Positions 39,300 to 53,270 of a DNA stretch of 64,000 nt are shown one piece after another. The notes under the pieces were generated by a model. It ran no database searches. It was given only the letters and a program-made list of their open reading frames with translations, and was not told where the DNA came from. A program made the translations under genes and the position numbers. The DNA comes from Epiperipatus broadwayi. Its lineage: Eukaryota; Animalia; Onychophora. The DNA is taken from positions 15,686,001 to 15,750,000 of the forward strand of contig JAQFVV010000002.1 in NCBI GenBank assembly GCA_028023455.1, given 5' to 3'. Positions within the stretch are counted from its first letter, which is position 1, and the number at the start of each line of letters is the position of its first letter.

Positions 39300-40260
39300 A
39301 TTTATGATGAATAAAAAATCTTCAGGAAATGATCAGATTATTCTATGTATTGTAAAAATATTAGAAGAAACCAGAGAAATTGTAAGTAAAACTTACACCA
39401 AAATCTTAAATGATGAGGGTGTGCTACTTCATTGAATAAATGCAGTTCTCATATTGATATTTAAAATACTTTTTTTAAAAATACAAATCATTTTATATTA
39501 GTTTTTTTACTTACAGTATTTTATACTACTATATATGTTGTGTGCACAGATAATGAAGCTAGTATATATCGAAAAATGCTATATTAGCTGAGCGCTTTCG
39601 AGAGACTTCTTACTCTCATATTCATAGCTACTATTTTGTTAAAAACTGCGTTGTTAGAAGGAAAATTTATGCAAATTAATGCAAGTTAGTTATAAGTGCC
39701 ATTTTCGGGACAGGGCAAAGCAGGTTTCTCTTCGATTAATGGACCTAGGATCGCTTGCTAATATCATTATAAAATGTGTATGGAGAGTTTAGAACTTGAG
39801 CCAGTGAGAAAAACAAATTGGATGCGTTAGAATATGTAGGTCATATTAAAGCAATAAAAAAATTTTTGTAAGAAGAAACAATAAGTGTGAATTGCCAGAG
39901 TTGTTTGACTCAATAAACATTTATTTTTTCTATAATTAAGACACAGATCCAGGATATTGCCAAATTAGGAAAAATGTTTATTAGTATGGGAACAGTGGTG
40001 ATTGGATTAAAATGATTAATGGTGATAAGGATACAAGACAGTATAATTTCATTTCTGTAGAACTTTATCTAAGAAAAGTATTTCGTGTTTTAAAATGAAA
40101 AGAAAGAGAACAAAAATAAGTAGAGATTGCTGAAGTCAAAGCTTATATTTTATAAATGTTTGTTATCATAAATAAAATGTCACAACAGCTATGAAATGAA
40201 ATTTAAAAAAAAAAAAGTAGGATTAAAAATTAAGACTAAAAAAAGGTTGCAGTTATGTTT
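39300..40260 (+). mobile_element. Old RTE-type RT fragment interrupted by a PLE piece
   Basis: MMNKKSSGNDQI...INAVLILIFK (39303-39460); after the interruption come FDSIN, DKDTRQ..IS, LRKVFRVL and KVGLKIKTK, which correspond to RT domains in order. Confidence 0.55.
39540..39830 (-). mobile_element. PLE 3'-end fragment with hammerhead motif (family D)
   Basis: INRRETCFALSRKWH-like PLE terminal peptide, then tagct-atgaata-t-gagag-taagaagt-ctctc-GAAA-GCGC-TC-agcta (39585-39631); the core is mutated from CTGANGA. Confidence 0.65.
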
Positions 40261-41490
40261 TTTGTTTGATTGGCTACAATCATTTGGTTGGCAACAATTA
40301 ATGTTGCTATTCCAACTATGGGATTCCTGGAATTGTGACATCACTTATTTATATAAATAAGTATAAACAAAACTTTTCTATACATATATAAATCTTAATT
40401 TTAAATGTTAAATTTTTATTTAACATTTTTTTATTATCACTAGTCACAAAATTAATGCAAACATTGTAAATATCCTCATAAAAATGAAATATTACGATTT
40501 TATATATTATTTTAACACTCACTAGACAGTTTGTTCTATGTTCTTTTTTCACATTAATCAACATAACACATTTGTTTTAGAAATGTACTTAGCAGTCTAA
40601 AAAAATGTCCATTTATTTATTTTAAAACGACTACTGTAAAGAAGAGCAAATAATATGATTGTCATATATATATCAATAGGACTACATGGAATCGATGACT
40701 AATCAAAATTAATAGAAATATCAAATATTAAATAATTTTAAGACATGAAATATTCTATTCTCAGAGTTCTTTGCTCAGGGTGTAGCTGAAAAAATTTATC
40801 AGACAGAATTTTATACATAAATGGATATTTGATAATCGCATTGCTTGATGTTCAATCTTTAAAAAATGACTAATTTTGTAAACAAAAAAAATGTGCTGAA
40901 AAGACACATAACATGAGCTATTTAGAGACTATTTTGCCTTTTAATATGTTAATCATGCAAACATTTATTCACTTTAAACATGTATATAACATTTTCTGGA
41001 TATATATAGATTGTAATGGCCAGTCTTCAATTAAAGAATGTTAAAACAATTTTAAAAGAAACATAGATAACATGTTGCATATAGTGTAAGCATTATTATA
41101 AACAAAGATTTTGAGATATATAGGGTTTGAATAACTTTTCCATTTGGCTTAGTTACTATTTTCTAACTAAGAAGAATCAGATTTGAATAAACCTTGACTT
41201 TAAGGAATAAGGTTCAAATTCTTCCTGTGATTCATTTTTTATGATTATAAATAATGCTGCTATCTTGCAGGTCAAACTATACTTAAAAACATTTCTTTAA
41301 TTCCTCTTATATTATCCTAGACATCATTTCCACATTGATAACCCATATTCATTTTATATTATTTATCCCTTTTTCACACCACAAACCAATACATAATTAT
41401 TTTTTCTTTCAATGCCTATGCTAGGTCAGGATTTACATAAACCTCTTTTTAATTTTCATGCCTTAAAAATAAAATTAAGATTATATGAAT

Positions 41491-41594
41491 TTTTTTCTCC
41501 ATGTGTCATAGCATCAGCCGGGAAGTGAACCCGCTAACCCGGGACAACTGCATGTAAGGCAGCTGTGCTGACCTCTCGACCACCAACACTTGAC
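41491..41594 (-). mobile_element. tRNA-Gly-derived SINE
   Basis: TSD taagattatatg (41476-41487 / 41595-41606). Confidence 0.9.
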
Positions 41595-42254
41595 TAAGAT
41601 TATATGGATTTAAGAGCATTTAAACAAAAATATTAAAAAATTTATTTACATTATAAATACAAATTAATTATACTAAAATGATTACAATGATAAACTAAAA
41701 CTATCATTTCATTTGAATAAAAAAATAATTACATTATTTTCCCACTAGATTAAATATAATTATTTAAAAATATTAATACAATGGAGTAACACACTATGCA
41801 ATATTTTGTTCCAAGCCCTTCTTGTGTTCAAATGTATATAATGCATAATAGCTTATGTTGTATTAAAATAAAATATGTATTGTTGATTGAACTGCAAATG
41901 TTCAGTATTTTTCAACATTTACACATTTATAACACAGATGCTTTTTATATGTATAGTTTGCACATATAAATTAAATATAAACAAAATCCTAAATAAAAAT
42001 TATTTAGTTATTAATACTAAATTAAGAGGACATACATTTGTGAGTTCAGTCATGCATTCATTAAAGCAATCAGAATAAGAAAAAATATCTAACTAATATA
42101 TTTTTATTTTTAAAATGAAGTAAATATAAAATATCTAACTTTTATTGCTATTAAATACTCTCTGGTAATATTCTTTTTTTTCAGGAATTTTTTCTTAGAT
42201 ATGAAATAGTGATCTTGTAATCAAGAAATTGCAATCTCTCTAATTAATAAAAGT

Positions 42255-42440
42255 ACCAAACTCTCCATACAGTAGTGCCACCAAGTGCAAGCCTTTGTAA
42301 TCAATGTGTGCCGGAAGATTTGTGCATAAAATTCCTATCTAGTGCATATTCATCCAACATTCCCAGACTAGTTTCTAGCTTGTAGCTTTTCTTATTAACA
42401 ACATGTGTAAGTATATGAATTGGTAATCATGTAAAGTTTT
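42255..42440. mobile_element. Family A fragment (truncated in the HHR) plus inverted tail remnant
   Basis: aaactctccatacagtagtgccac...cccagactagtttctagcttg, then acatgtgtaagtat...ggtaatcatg. Confidence 0.75.
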
Positions 42441-42985
42441 AATGATCTCTTTAATTGTTTAACAATTTAAAATCAATTTCAACTTTTAGTATGTTGTAAA
42501 ATTTTGTAAAACGTTTAGTATTATGCTCAGAAAATATTTTATTACACAAAATATTGCACATCAAATTCACAAGGAATAAATAATAAAGGAAGAGTAAAAT
42601 GTATGTACTTTCAACATAAACTGACATTTTTTATTAATTTATATAATTATATACAATATTCTGAGATGGAAAATCAGCTACTGATTTATTGAAAAATTTA
42701 TTTACAATTTTCCCCTGAATATGATCACATATATTATTCTCAGAGAAAAAAAGATTGTTCAAATATCATAAAATTTGGGAATTTTAATGATTTTTTATTT
42801 GTTTGTTAATTTACAATTTTGTTTGTTTACATTTTTCCATCAGTTTCCAAGATTTACAATTTCAAATAAAATAATTGTAATTTATCCAGATATTTATAAT
42901 TATCTTTCTTAAGTTTATCAATATATATATAAAAGACATATATTTTGCGGGTTCATCCATGTTAAAAATTTAAATATTTATATAG

Positions 42986-44170
42986 TGACCTTTTGACTTG
43001 ATCCCACAAGTCATCTACTAGGTGATAAAAGATAGAAAGATGGTTGTAGAGATGCTACAATAACTGATTTGAAAAAACAAAGTTCCCCCAATAGCAAGAA
43101 TGTTAAATTAAGAATGTTTTTTTAAAAAAATCTTTCCAAATAGGAGGAAGTTTGCATGTATCATCTCGCTTATTGATACAATCTGGCCTTTTAAGTATCT
43201 CAGTGGCTTCTCTGATTTTTCATCTGGATATGATCCTGGTACTAGAAAAATCAATTTTATGACCTGAATTTATAGTATGGAGTGAGAGTGCTGATGATGA
43301 TGAGTGTTGTTGTTTAACTGCATTAACATGTTCATCTCTCCTAACATTGATGCAATGATTACTCATATCTAAGTAAGAAGCTTTACAATTTTCACATGAG
43401 ATTTGATAAACACCATGAGATTCAAGAGGGATTGAATCCTTAGGCTTGGTTATTATATTGCTGATCTTTTGATGAGTAGAAAATGCTGTATTTATATTAT
43501 AGCATTTTAATATACATCCAATACTGTCTGTAGTTCCTTTTACATATGGAACACAAATGCTAATCGCTGATTGATCATCTTTTTGTTTCCTATTTTGTCC
43601 ATTTTGGGCTTGAAATAAGGCTTGTTTAATAAATTTATAACTATTTGCTAATAAAACACTATTAATATAATTTATTTTTTCTTTCAGATGTGACTTATCT
43701 GAAAGGTTAATTGCTCTATTTAAAAGAGTTTTGACTACAGAAACTATCTGATGATGAGAATGTAAATGTAAATATCTGTCCATGTGTGTATTCTTTCTGT
43801 AAATCAAAAAAGATAAACTATTTGGTGTTCTAGTGACTAGAACATAAAGAAAAGAAAGTTTTCCATCAGACTTTGTCTCCATTGTAAATTTAATATGAAG
43901 ATGCATATTATTTAAATATAAGAAAAAATCATCTAATTTATTTTTTCCATGTTACCGTATGACAAAAGTGTCATCTATGTATCTGAGCCAAATGAGGTTT
44001 TAAAGATGATGATTCTAAATGAGTGTCTATATTTTCCATGAATAAATCAGCTATTACTCCTGAGATAGGTGAGATCATAGGAGTACCAAAAACTTGTCTG
44101 TAATGCTGTCCATTGTATATAAAATATGTGTTCAAGAGACAATATATATATTCAAATGTGAGTTATATAA
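42986..44170 (-). mobile_element. 5'-truncated Penelope-like retroelement (RT + GIY-YIG) with decayed 3' HHR
   Basis: NTYFIYNGQHYRQVFGTPMISPISGVIADLFME...RYIDDTFV (~43950-44140); 228-aa ORF 43220-43906 (IKFTME...YRKNTHMDRYL...GVYQISCENCKASY); HHR-like gactt/aagtc hairpin at 42986-43025. Confidence 0.9.
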
Positions 44171-47100
44171 TACAGTATATATATATAAAGGAAAATATAT
44201 TGATCTTATTTAATTTGATTTATGGATAATGAAGATGATGAATTATAAAGGTTAACTAAGTAACTATTGCAACCATAATATTAAAACAACATTCTTATTT
44301 ATTATTAATATTATTATCAAACCATAAATTGGTTGTACTCAATTTTAAAAGAAAAATAAGTGAATCATAAAATAGATCACTTGAATAAAATTATTCTATC
44401 CCATGTTTCAACTTTTATTACTACATTTACCATAGCAACTTATTTATTACAAAATTAAATATTTCATAGTTCATATATGTTTATTTATTTTGTTTATTGG
44501 TATATATTAAAAATATATGTTAAAAATATACATTTTATTAGGATGTATAGAAAATGTCATGTGAATTCTTTGTTTTTAGTTGAAATGAAAAATAATATTG
44601 AAATTGTCAAATGGGTTTTTTTTTTTTATTGTATCAAAGGTTTTCTAAAAGTCTTCATTTTTATTTGCTGTAAAAAAAATTTTTTTTACAACAAAAAGTG
44701 ACTGTTGAATTCAATTGAAGAATTACACTAGTAACATTGATAGCAGCAACAATAAGTTATAAATAGAACTGAACCATTTTAACTCAAGTATTTTATTTTT
44801 GATGTAGTTTAGAGTGGATGCTTTTAAATTCATCTTTAGAAATTGTTATTTTAAGTTAAAAATGAGTAATTACTAAAATATAATGGAAGAATAAAATTTA
44901 AACAGTCTGCACATTTAGTTTGGGGCAGTTTGTTAATAAAATTCCAAGGGAAATGACAGGATATATTATAAAAGAAGAAGGGAAAAAAACATCAAAATTC
45001 ATTTTTATTCCACATAAGCTATAAAATATTTCATTATTAAAATTTGGGATTTCATCTATATATTAAAGATGAATACAAACACCATCCTATCTACATGAAT
45101 GTCATATTTTTGATTAAGGAATTTCTATGCAGTATTAAGTAATTGAAATTTCACTTTATTGGCTTGGAAAAAATGCCAGCATTTATTATTCATCTTGATT
45201 GCAAATAATTTTGTCAATGAAAAAATGTCTCTTCATATATCACTACAAACAAAGAAGTATGCATATTTGAATCAACCAAGTAATTGTTATTTTTAAAAGG
45301 CTCGATATATCTATACTTGAAAGAAAAGTTTCGGAATTTAAAGAAAAAAAAGGAATTGAATTCAAATCCTCATATATTATTATTCATGCTTGTTCTTCTC
45401 TATCTTAGAAATGATTGTTGTTTTTTTTTTTGCATTTAGATCATGAACAAAGAAACTAAGAGCTGTAAAGGAACATGGTAGGTAAAAAGGAGCAATAAAA
45501 GTTTCAATGTAGGTTATATGAATATATAATTTTTATTTTAAAAGAAAATATGACTTGTTTAGCGGATGACCTACTTATCTTATATGATTGGTCAAAATGT
45601 TGTTTTCTTTTTTTAATGATGTAAAAACTATAAGCATGATGTTGACAGAAATATGGGCATTTGATAGATCTTTTATATAGGTTTGGATGGCTATCTTTAA
45701 GAAAAATCTGATGAAAATTGGATTTTTTATTAATTTTTTTCTTAACCAGCACATTTAATTATTTTTTTTATCAATTTTGTAATTTCTATAAAGCGATAAA
45801 GACAGTAAACACTTATCAGCCTAGAAATATGCTTTCATCGACAAAAATACTCTGATTCACAGACAAGGCCTTCAATGCAGTCTAAACCTAATTAAAGAAT
45901 ATCGGACTTGGTGAGTATACAATTTTAATTTTTTGAATATTTTAATTTTTTTTTAATTATTTGAAAAAATTACTTAGTTTTTATTAATTTGATTTTGTAG
46001 TTGTGTGTGTCTAGATAAGTTCTATATTTATTTATGCTCATGAATTCATATATATGTTAATTTTGTATGTTCTAATTTATTTATTTTATAAAATAAACTT
46101 GTTTTATAAAAATAATTAATATGCTAATTTCAATTAAATCAAAACTGCTATTTATCATATTTAAATTGCATTTTTTGAAAAAAAATGTGAGCATGGTTTT
46201 ATGGAATTCAGAATAAACTGTGTAAAATAAAAATGCAATAAAAATAAAGTAAATAAGATTAATGCCTTTAATTTTTACTTAAATAGCCAGTAACTCTGCC
46301 ATCAAAACATATTGCATTATTCACCAAATTTCTAAGTTATTGCATGGTTACCTCACTTGATAAAATAGTGGCAACCTTCTATAGCTATCATATTTGTTTA
46401 TTTAGATCAGCACTATATACATTGTAACAAAAGCCTTAAATATTGATTTCAATATGCAAACCCAGAATGCATTCGACTATTTTTTCTTTTTTCAATACAC
46501 TGAACTTTTTTTTTTTAAGTTGACATTAAAAGATATAAAATAGGTTCTAAAAAGAATCTAATTCCTATATGTTCTAATTTTAAACTTTTCTCAAATTATT
46601 TTTGCATAAAAAGGTACAGATCAGTTTTTCAAAAAATAAATAAATTTAAAAATGAACAATTGGTACTAAGCTGTACAGTAGTAATATATATATATTATAA
46701 CAATCAGAGAGATATGGAGACTTAACATAATCTGCACTACAGGGCGCCACCAGGCATTTGAACCTAGAAAATTTATATAGTAGGCAGATACGTAAGATTG
46801 AAAAAAAAATTTATTTTTTTTTATATTGATTGATTCCGACCGTTAAGCCCATTGTCACTAGCTCAGCAGAGATTTATATTTATAAATTCTTATCTAAGTC
46901 TATTTTTAATATTAAACAAAGAATAAAATAAGCCACTGCCAGTAAGTAATACACAAACAACATTTATTTACGCACATATATAATCATTTTAGAATTTGAG
47001 GAATAACATTTATTATTTAGATTTTAATATTAACTTTTAATTTAAATTATTATTTTAAGATTTTAAATCATCCACACAGATGAAACTTATACTTATTTTA

Positions 47101-48127
47101 AGATTGTCGAGTATGAATAAACTGCATAGATTTGCATTTGAAAAGAAAATATTCTATCCCTTATTTAACCTTAGGCCAAAAATTTCACAGTCAAACCAGC
47201 GTCAATCCATCTGATACATTGATGTATTCAATGTAGCATGAAAATACAACAGCACAAATATACTATACTGTCAGGAATGTACATCTGAACAATATAGTTA
47301 GAGAAGACATTGACTCTTGTCCAATACAGGAATATTACATCTGTATGGCAAGAAGAACAATAAAATAAAAACTCCATAGGAAGGGACTGTGATCCTTTTT
47401 GCCAACTTACAATCCCATCCATAGGCAAAAGGGGTTGTGTGGCATATACAGTGATTCTGCACGTAGCGAACCTCATACTACATCTACTAATTACATCAAT
47501 ACATCTAATCCATTGACCCAATTTAACTATGAAACAAATAACCTAAGATTACCCTCCCTTAAACTATATATAACTTTACAAATTTATATAGCCATTCATG
47601 CCCGACTTAAATTTAACATTTATATACATTCGCATAGATGAATTTTATAAAATTTGTTTTATAAGGTTGAGTATAGATCAGCTGCATAGATTCCACAGTT
47701 AAAAACATTTCAAAATAAACATAACCAATCAAAATACAAAGTCATTGATAACGTCAATTGCAGAGGGAATACAAGAAATCCAATGGCATTCATCATGAGA
47801 TGCCGCATTGACATCGATGACTTATATATTCTAATCGAATATGAAAACCACAACATAATCAACTGCTAACAAATCCATGCAACATCCATACCCAACTTAA
47901 ATTTCATGCATTTAAATAATTTATACAAATAAATATTAATAGAAATAAAAAAAATGGAAATGTTTTTTTTTTAGCAAACTCAAATATATATAATTTAAAC
48001 ATTAATTATCAATTTGAAAATCAAATAAGAGTTCATTTTAAAATTTAGATTAGCTGAATCTTTAAAAAAAAATGACGAAAGTTCTTAATTACTTTTTTTT
48101 TGTTAATTTGTAAAGTTCATAGCTCAC

Positions 48128-48220
48128 AGTAGAAGAATCCAGGTTCCTGTTTTTAATTCCTACGACATCTCCATTGGAAGACCGATCTGATGTTCTGGAG
48201 GTGGCATTAGCTGGTTCCAT
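48128..48220 (-). CDS. Candidate first coding exon of an unidentified host gene (MEPANATSRTSDRSSNGDVVGIKNRNLDSST)
   Basis: ATG at 48220 with an in-frame stop upstream; 31 sense codons ending at a phase-0 GTGAG donor; non-repetitive and higher in GC with CpGs retained. No homolog recognised and no downstream exon confidently found. Confidence 0.45.
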
Positions 48221-48375
48221 TCTAGTATTACAGTCATTTCATTTTTTTTAAAGAGAATGTGATATGTGCATCCTATCACACCTCTCAAACACACACACAC
48301 ACACAAAAAAAGCTGGAACTGTCCTTAATTTCAATATTTTTCCTTTTATATCATCCACACAGATTCAACAAACAA

Positions 48376-48433
48376 ACGTCACTAATCCATCATTTTCATT
48401 AGGGTCCGAGCTGAGGCTTGGTGCTTCCATTGG
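48376..48433 (-). promoter_or_regulatory. CCAAT-box and CRE-like motifs upstream of the candidate exon
   Basis: Minus-strand CCAAT (48429-48433) and TGACGT (48376-48381). These are short motifs that can occur by chance. Confidence 0.25.
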
Positions 48434-50285
48434 TCAAGCTAATTTCTTTATTTTCTTATCTATCTTTCATCAGACTTTTATAATTATACAAGAGCCCCAA
48501 GGGCTAGCTTGCTTTTCAATTTATAAAATAATCATTTCCATTTACAAAAATATTTTATCTTTAAATCTTGTACTTTTTTATAACAAAGTACGTTCAAATA
48601 CTTTTATTTATTAAAAAAAAATATTTTTAAAGTTTTGCATCTGTGTGAATATATATACGTTTAACAACTCTTTAATTTTTTTTTAGCTTTTAGATTTTTA
48701 ATAAATTTATTTTTATTTGCGAACTTAGTTTTTATTTTAAATTAATGTATGGCATATTTATATATCGTTACAATATATATATGTACTTTTAATATACCTA
48801 CATGTAGTATATATGTTTTCAACATATAGAAATATAGTATGTGACTGTATCTATGATATAATTTTATTACTAAAAAATTAATATTACCTAAATGTAAAAT
48901 TAAAATTAAAAAAAAACTAGTCCAGTAAATATTTATAAATTAATAAAACTAATTACAATGAATTGCTTATTTGATTTGTTCCATCTTAGTTGAATAGCTC
49001 TATTTAATTCAAGATCTCAAACTATAATTAACCCAAATGAAATTATTGAAAATGAAAACATAATTTTTTAAAGTCTTTTAAATTTAAAAAAAAAATACAG
49101 GTAATTACTAATAGAAAGAAGAAATAAATAATTGAATAAGCTGATTTTCATTTTAATCAAGAAAGTAAAAAAAAAAAGATTAACCAATAAAAGTAAATTA
49201 TTGTTTCGAGTTATTATTTTAGTTATTTTTGTATTAAATTTTTATATCTATATAAAAATTAACATTTGTTAGTACTTTCAAGATTTATATTATTATTAAT
49301 AAAATAATTTTTTACATTAATATCAATATTCATTTAAACTTGCAAGAGAGATTGAATCTTTTAAATATATATATATTGAGGGGGAAAATGTCTACCTCTT
49401 CATATTTCTTATAATGCTTATTAATAATAAATACAATACTTGCAATTATGGATTAAAAAATTAAAATTAGTATTTGTTTATTAATTTTCAATTGTTTTTT
49501 ATATATATTGAATCATAAATAATTGAATTCATGAATATAAAAATGTCATAATAAGAAAATGAAAAATATTATTAGAAATTTTATTTTAACGGCTTTTTAA
49601 AAAATAAATATGGAATTAATAATAAACATCATATTTTATTTTTCCCCCAACTCATATTTATGTGACAGTGAATTGAAAGTAGGTGTTGACTTTAAATAAT
49701 TATGTATAATTTTGTTAAGAAATTCGTATAAAACAAAAATTAATAAAAATTGAAAACAATTTTATATTTCACAGTAGAAACAATTTTATTTCTCTTCTAA
49801 AGTTTTTCTTGCTAATAATAGTTTTATGTTTCCATTTCCGTGCTTGTATTTTATTAAAAGTTTAGCTGTTATTATTGGTTTCTATCATTATAAAATTTCT
49901 AAAAAATAAATAAATTTATTGTTTTGAATAGGGAATTTAATACATAGTAAAATTTAAAAAGACTACTCAGTTGCTGAATTAAAAAACACTAACTTAAAAA
50001 TAAGTTTTAAATTGTGCTTGAAAAAAATGTCTGCTAATATTCATTTATGATTTTCCTTGAATAAATAAATTGAAAAAAAAAAAGAATTAACAACTGAAAT
50101 ATATTTTAAATCTCATCTTTTACAATTTTTTGATTTTAATTATTTCAAAAGCAGATTTTTTAAAAATTTCATTTCGGCAGTTAAAACTTTGTTTAAATAT
50201 CAATTAATTATTTTTTAATCCACTTTTAAGTCTTAATAAATTGATTTTTTAAAAAAAAATATATTTTCTTACCTATATTAAGTAA

Positions 50286-50389
50286 TATTTACTTAGGCTG
50301 TAACCTCGAGAATATGCATGTAAAATGCGATAGTAGGGACCTCTACAGGTGTTTAACCACAAGCTTATGCTATGGAAGAAAAGAGGGGA
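50286..50389. repeat. Family F copy
   Basis: taaaatgcgatagtagggacctctacagg...accacaagctta; flanked by the 15-bp direct repeat acctatattaagtaa (50271-50285 / 50390-50404). Confidence 0.75.
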
Positions 50390-52669
50390 ACCTATATTAA
50401 GTAAGAGAAAGAATGTTTCCAGTTTGAACCATTCAGCGTTTGCACAATTTAGCTTGAAAGGCCGATATGAATGTAATTATGAAGATATTGTAATTTTAAG
50501 GCAGTAATGCATGTTTACATTCATTTCTTACTTGAATATTTATTTTTAAAAAAATTATTTTAATATTCATTTGAAAATACATTATTAATAGATAACTTAG
50601 AAATTAGTGAATATTTTTTTTTGTCTACACTTCTTTATAATCAGAAATCACATATATATAATGTCAAATCTTCTCTCCACTCAAAAGTTATCTTTGCTTA
50701 GTCAAGCTACTTTATGAATAAAGATAAAGTCTGAATTTCAAATAGCATGACTGAACAATATAACATTTGGGGGAAGGAAATGATTTGATACTTTATATTT
50801 GAATTTTCAGTTAGTAATATGCACAGGGTTTATTTCATATATATATTGTGTTAGGATGTTCTGTTAACAAGATATCCCTGGACTTGAGAAGCCATCCCAA
50901 GATTACTAAGACTTAACCTATTTGCCTGTGCTCCTGCTATAACCACTACATGAGCAATGCCCCCGATGCTACTACTAACACAACTTCCTTCTAGTCCCAG
51001 AGATCAGGGAGAGACAAGAGATCCTTACTAATATTAAGCCTTGCATAGATTCACTAATGTGGTCCATGACCAAGGAATATTAAAATATTTAACAACTTTC
51101 AGAAATACATGAATGAAAGTGGAATGATGTGGTATGGATAGTACAGAAAGGCAACAATAACAACAGATATAATTTAATACAAAGTTTAATAATTGTCAAA
51201 CTGAATAAATATACATTAATAGCTTGGCTTCATTCATTATACAAATACTCAGATAACAATATAGTGCCTAACGTTGGAGAATATGTATATAAGGGATAAT
51301 ACAATACTATTTCATTAATGATGAAATATTTATTTATTCAAGGTTCAATACTTTCATGAGTAAATGTAGGGCAAATTCATAGTTCAATATGCCTTATTTA
51401 AATGTGACTTAATTGGATTAATAGATTACAATGACAAACATAATTATAAATACCTTATGTTAGTAATGAAATTCATTAAGCTAATCAAATGGTGTATATG
51501 GGATTAGAATCATGATAATCTTGGGAGATTCATCATTTATAACTAGGTGAGATTGATATACATTAGAATAGGAAGGGATTAAGTAATATGATAGCTGAAA
51601 TGATATAGACAAATATAGAAATATAGAGCTTAATGAGTCATTGGTGGTACTGATGGAGTGCAGTGCATTGTAACTGTGAGCTTTGTCTCCATATAATTTG
51701 GATCAGTGGAATTCGATCTGTCTGTGATGGGGTCATCCCAAATAAGCATAGTCACTGCACTTGGCCCTCACCCCAGTAAAATCTGTGAATGCATGATCGA
51801 ACATCTATATCCCTAGGTGCAACTTCCATGTCCATTCTGAGGCAGGCACCTTAATGATTTGGGGACAGTCTTAACCATATGTATTCATGGAGAAGATTGA
51901 CAAAGCATAATAAAATTAATGGACTTATATATCTGTACCAGCAACATACATATAAAGCATAATAACAATAATAATTAACAATAGTTTGCTCTCAAAGTTT
52001 AGGACGCTATGGTATGGGTATACTTAATTTATCCTTAAGTCTTAAAAGATTTCAAATAAATCTACATATTCATCAGCTAAAAGAATAAGATGGATCATAT
52101 AATTCCAAGATTGTAATCATTCAACATTATTGTAATAATAACTAAATGAGTTTTGCATGCATGACAAAGTGATTCTTAGAAACTAACTGTCTAATCATGC
52201 ATGTTTAAAATATATCTATAGTTATAATTTTGCACACATCCACATGTTATACTTCAACTTAAACTGAACAAATAAATACATGGGATAGCATAAGTAGATT
52301 ACTGTAGGTGAATTAACTATTATATGAATCACAATAGGATTTACCAAATCAATAGTAGCATTTACTAAAAAAAACAAACATCCAAGCCATCGAGTAAGAA
52401 AGGGATTTGACGTGAAATATTTGCCATTTATACGACTAGCCCATATGAAAATGTAGTGGCTTGTTTATTACAAGAAAAATGAGATCCACTCACTCAGTCA
52501 AAGATGATTTAGACATATTATCATAGCAACATATAATAAAGAGAGAGAATTTCATAAATTTCAAAAGCATTTACACTAGCATGAAAGTATAGCCTAAAGA
52601 ATAAATTAGCCAAGGTTATATAGATTAAAATTATATATTTAGATACAGTTGTAGGAGTACACTACACTT

Positions 52670-53270
52670 TAATTATATGGATAGAGTTTGTTACAGATTT
52701 AGCTATAGCTTCAGGAAATTGAAGAGAAACATTTTAGAGCTCTTGGAATGGAAGGTTACCTTAACTTTTTTTATTGTATGTAGCATTGTTAATACAATTG
52801 ATAATTGTGATCTCAGTCATGAAAGGTTTCTTGGGAATTCATATCATGGAATAGCCAGCTTTGATTTTATAATTGCTTCATTAAGTTGACTCCAGTGGCA
52901 GCAGCTCTCTCTATGGTATTAGCAACAACATGTCTGGTCTCACTAGTTGCAGTGGCAGGTCATGGGCATGTTCTTCTTGCAGTTGAAGGCACTCAGATAG
53001 TATTGGGCTACAGGGTGACCATTCTCTGATCAGGGAATTAGCACCCTACTTACTTCTACTCTGCCATTTGAGTTTCCAAATTCATAGAGTCTTGTTGACA
53101 TGACCTAACTATATTATTTCTCTCCCCAAATTCCCATTCTCTCTCTATATATATATATATTTGCCAAGTATAAAATTAATCTCCCATACTGGCTTACCTT
53201 GTGGTGAAATAATCGATTAACATAATTTCTACCACCACACCTGATGCGTTTATTATCTACTTTACTATCT
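52670..53270 (-). mobile_element. Probable decayed Gypsy pol fragment (RT thumb / RNase H)
   Basis: KRIRCGGRNYVNRLF (cf. LRSFLG..NYYRRF), VL...ENGHPVAQYYLSAFN (cf. AVL.Q....PVAY.S..L) and TIERE-like pieces in the expected order. Confidence 0.4.

Noticed and set aside
46735-46750. CTCF-like motif gcactacagggcgc
   Set aside because: Two mismatches to the consensus, a single instance, and not distinguishable from a transposon subterminal motif.
53198-53268. Apparent minus-strand exon (DSKVDNKRIRCGGRNYVNRLFHHK) with AG/GTAAG sites, and a second one at 53054-53104
   Set aside because: Poor polypyrimidine tracts, and the read-through resembles Gypsy RT-thumb/RNase H motifs in order, so a decayed retroelement is the simpler explanation.
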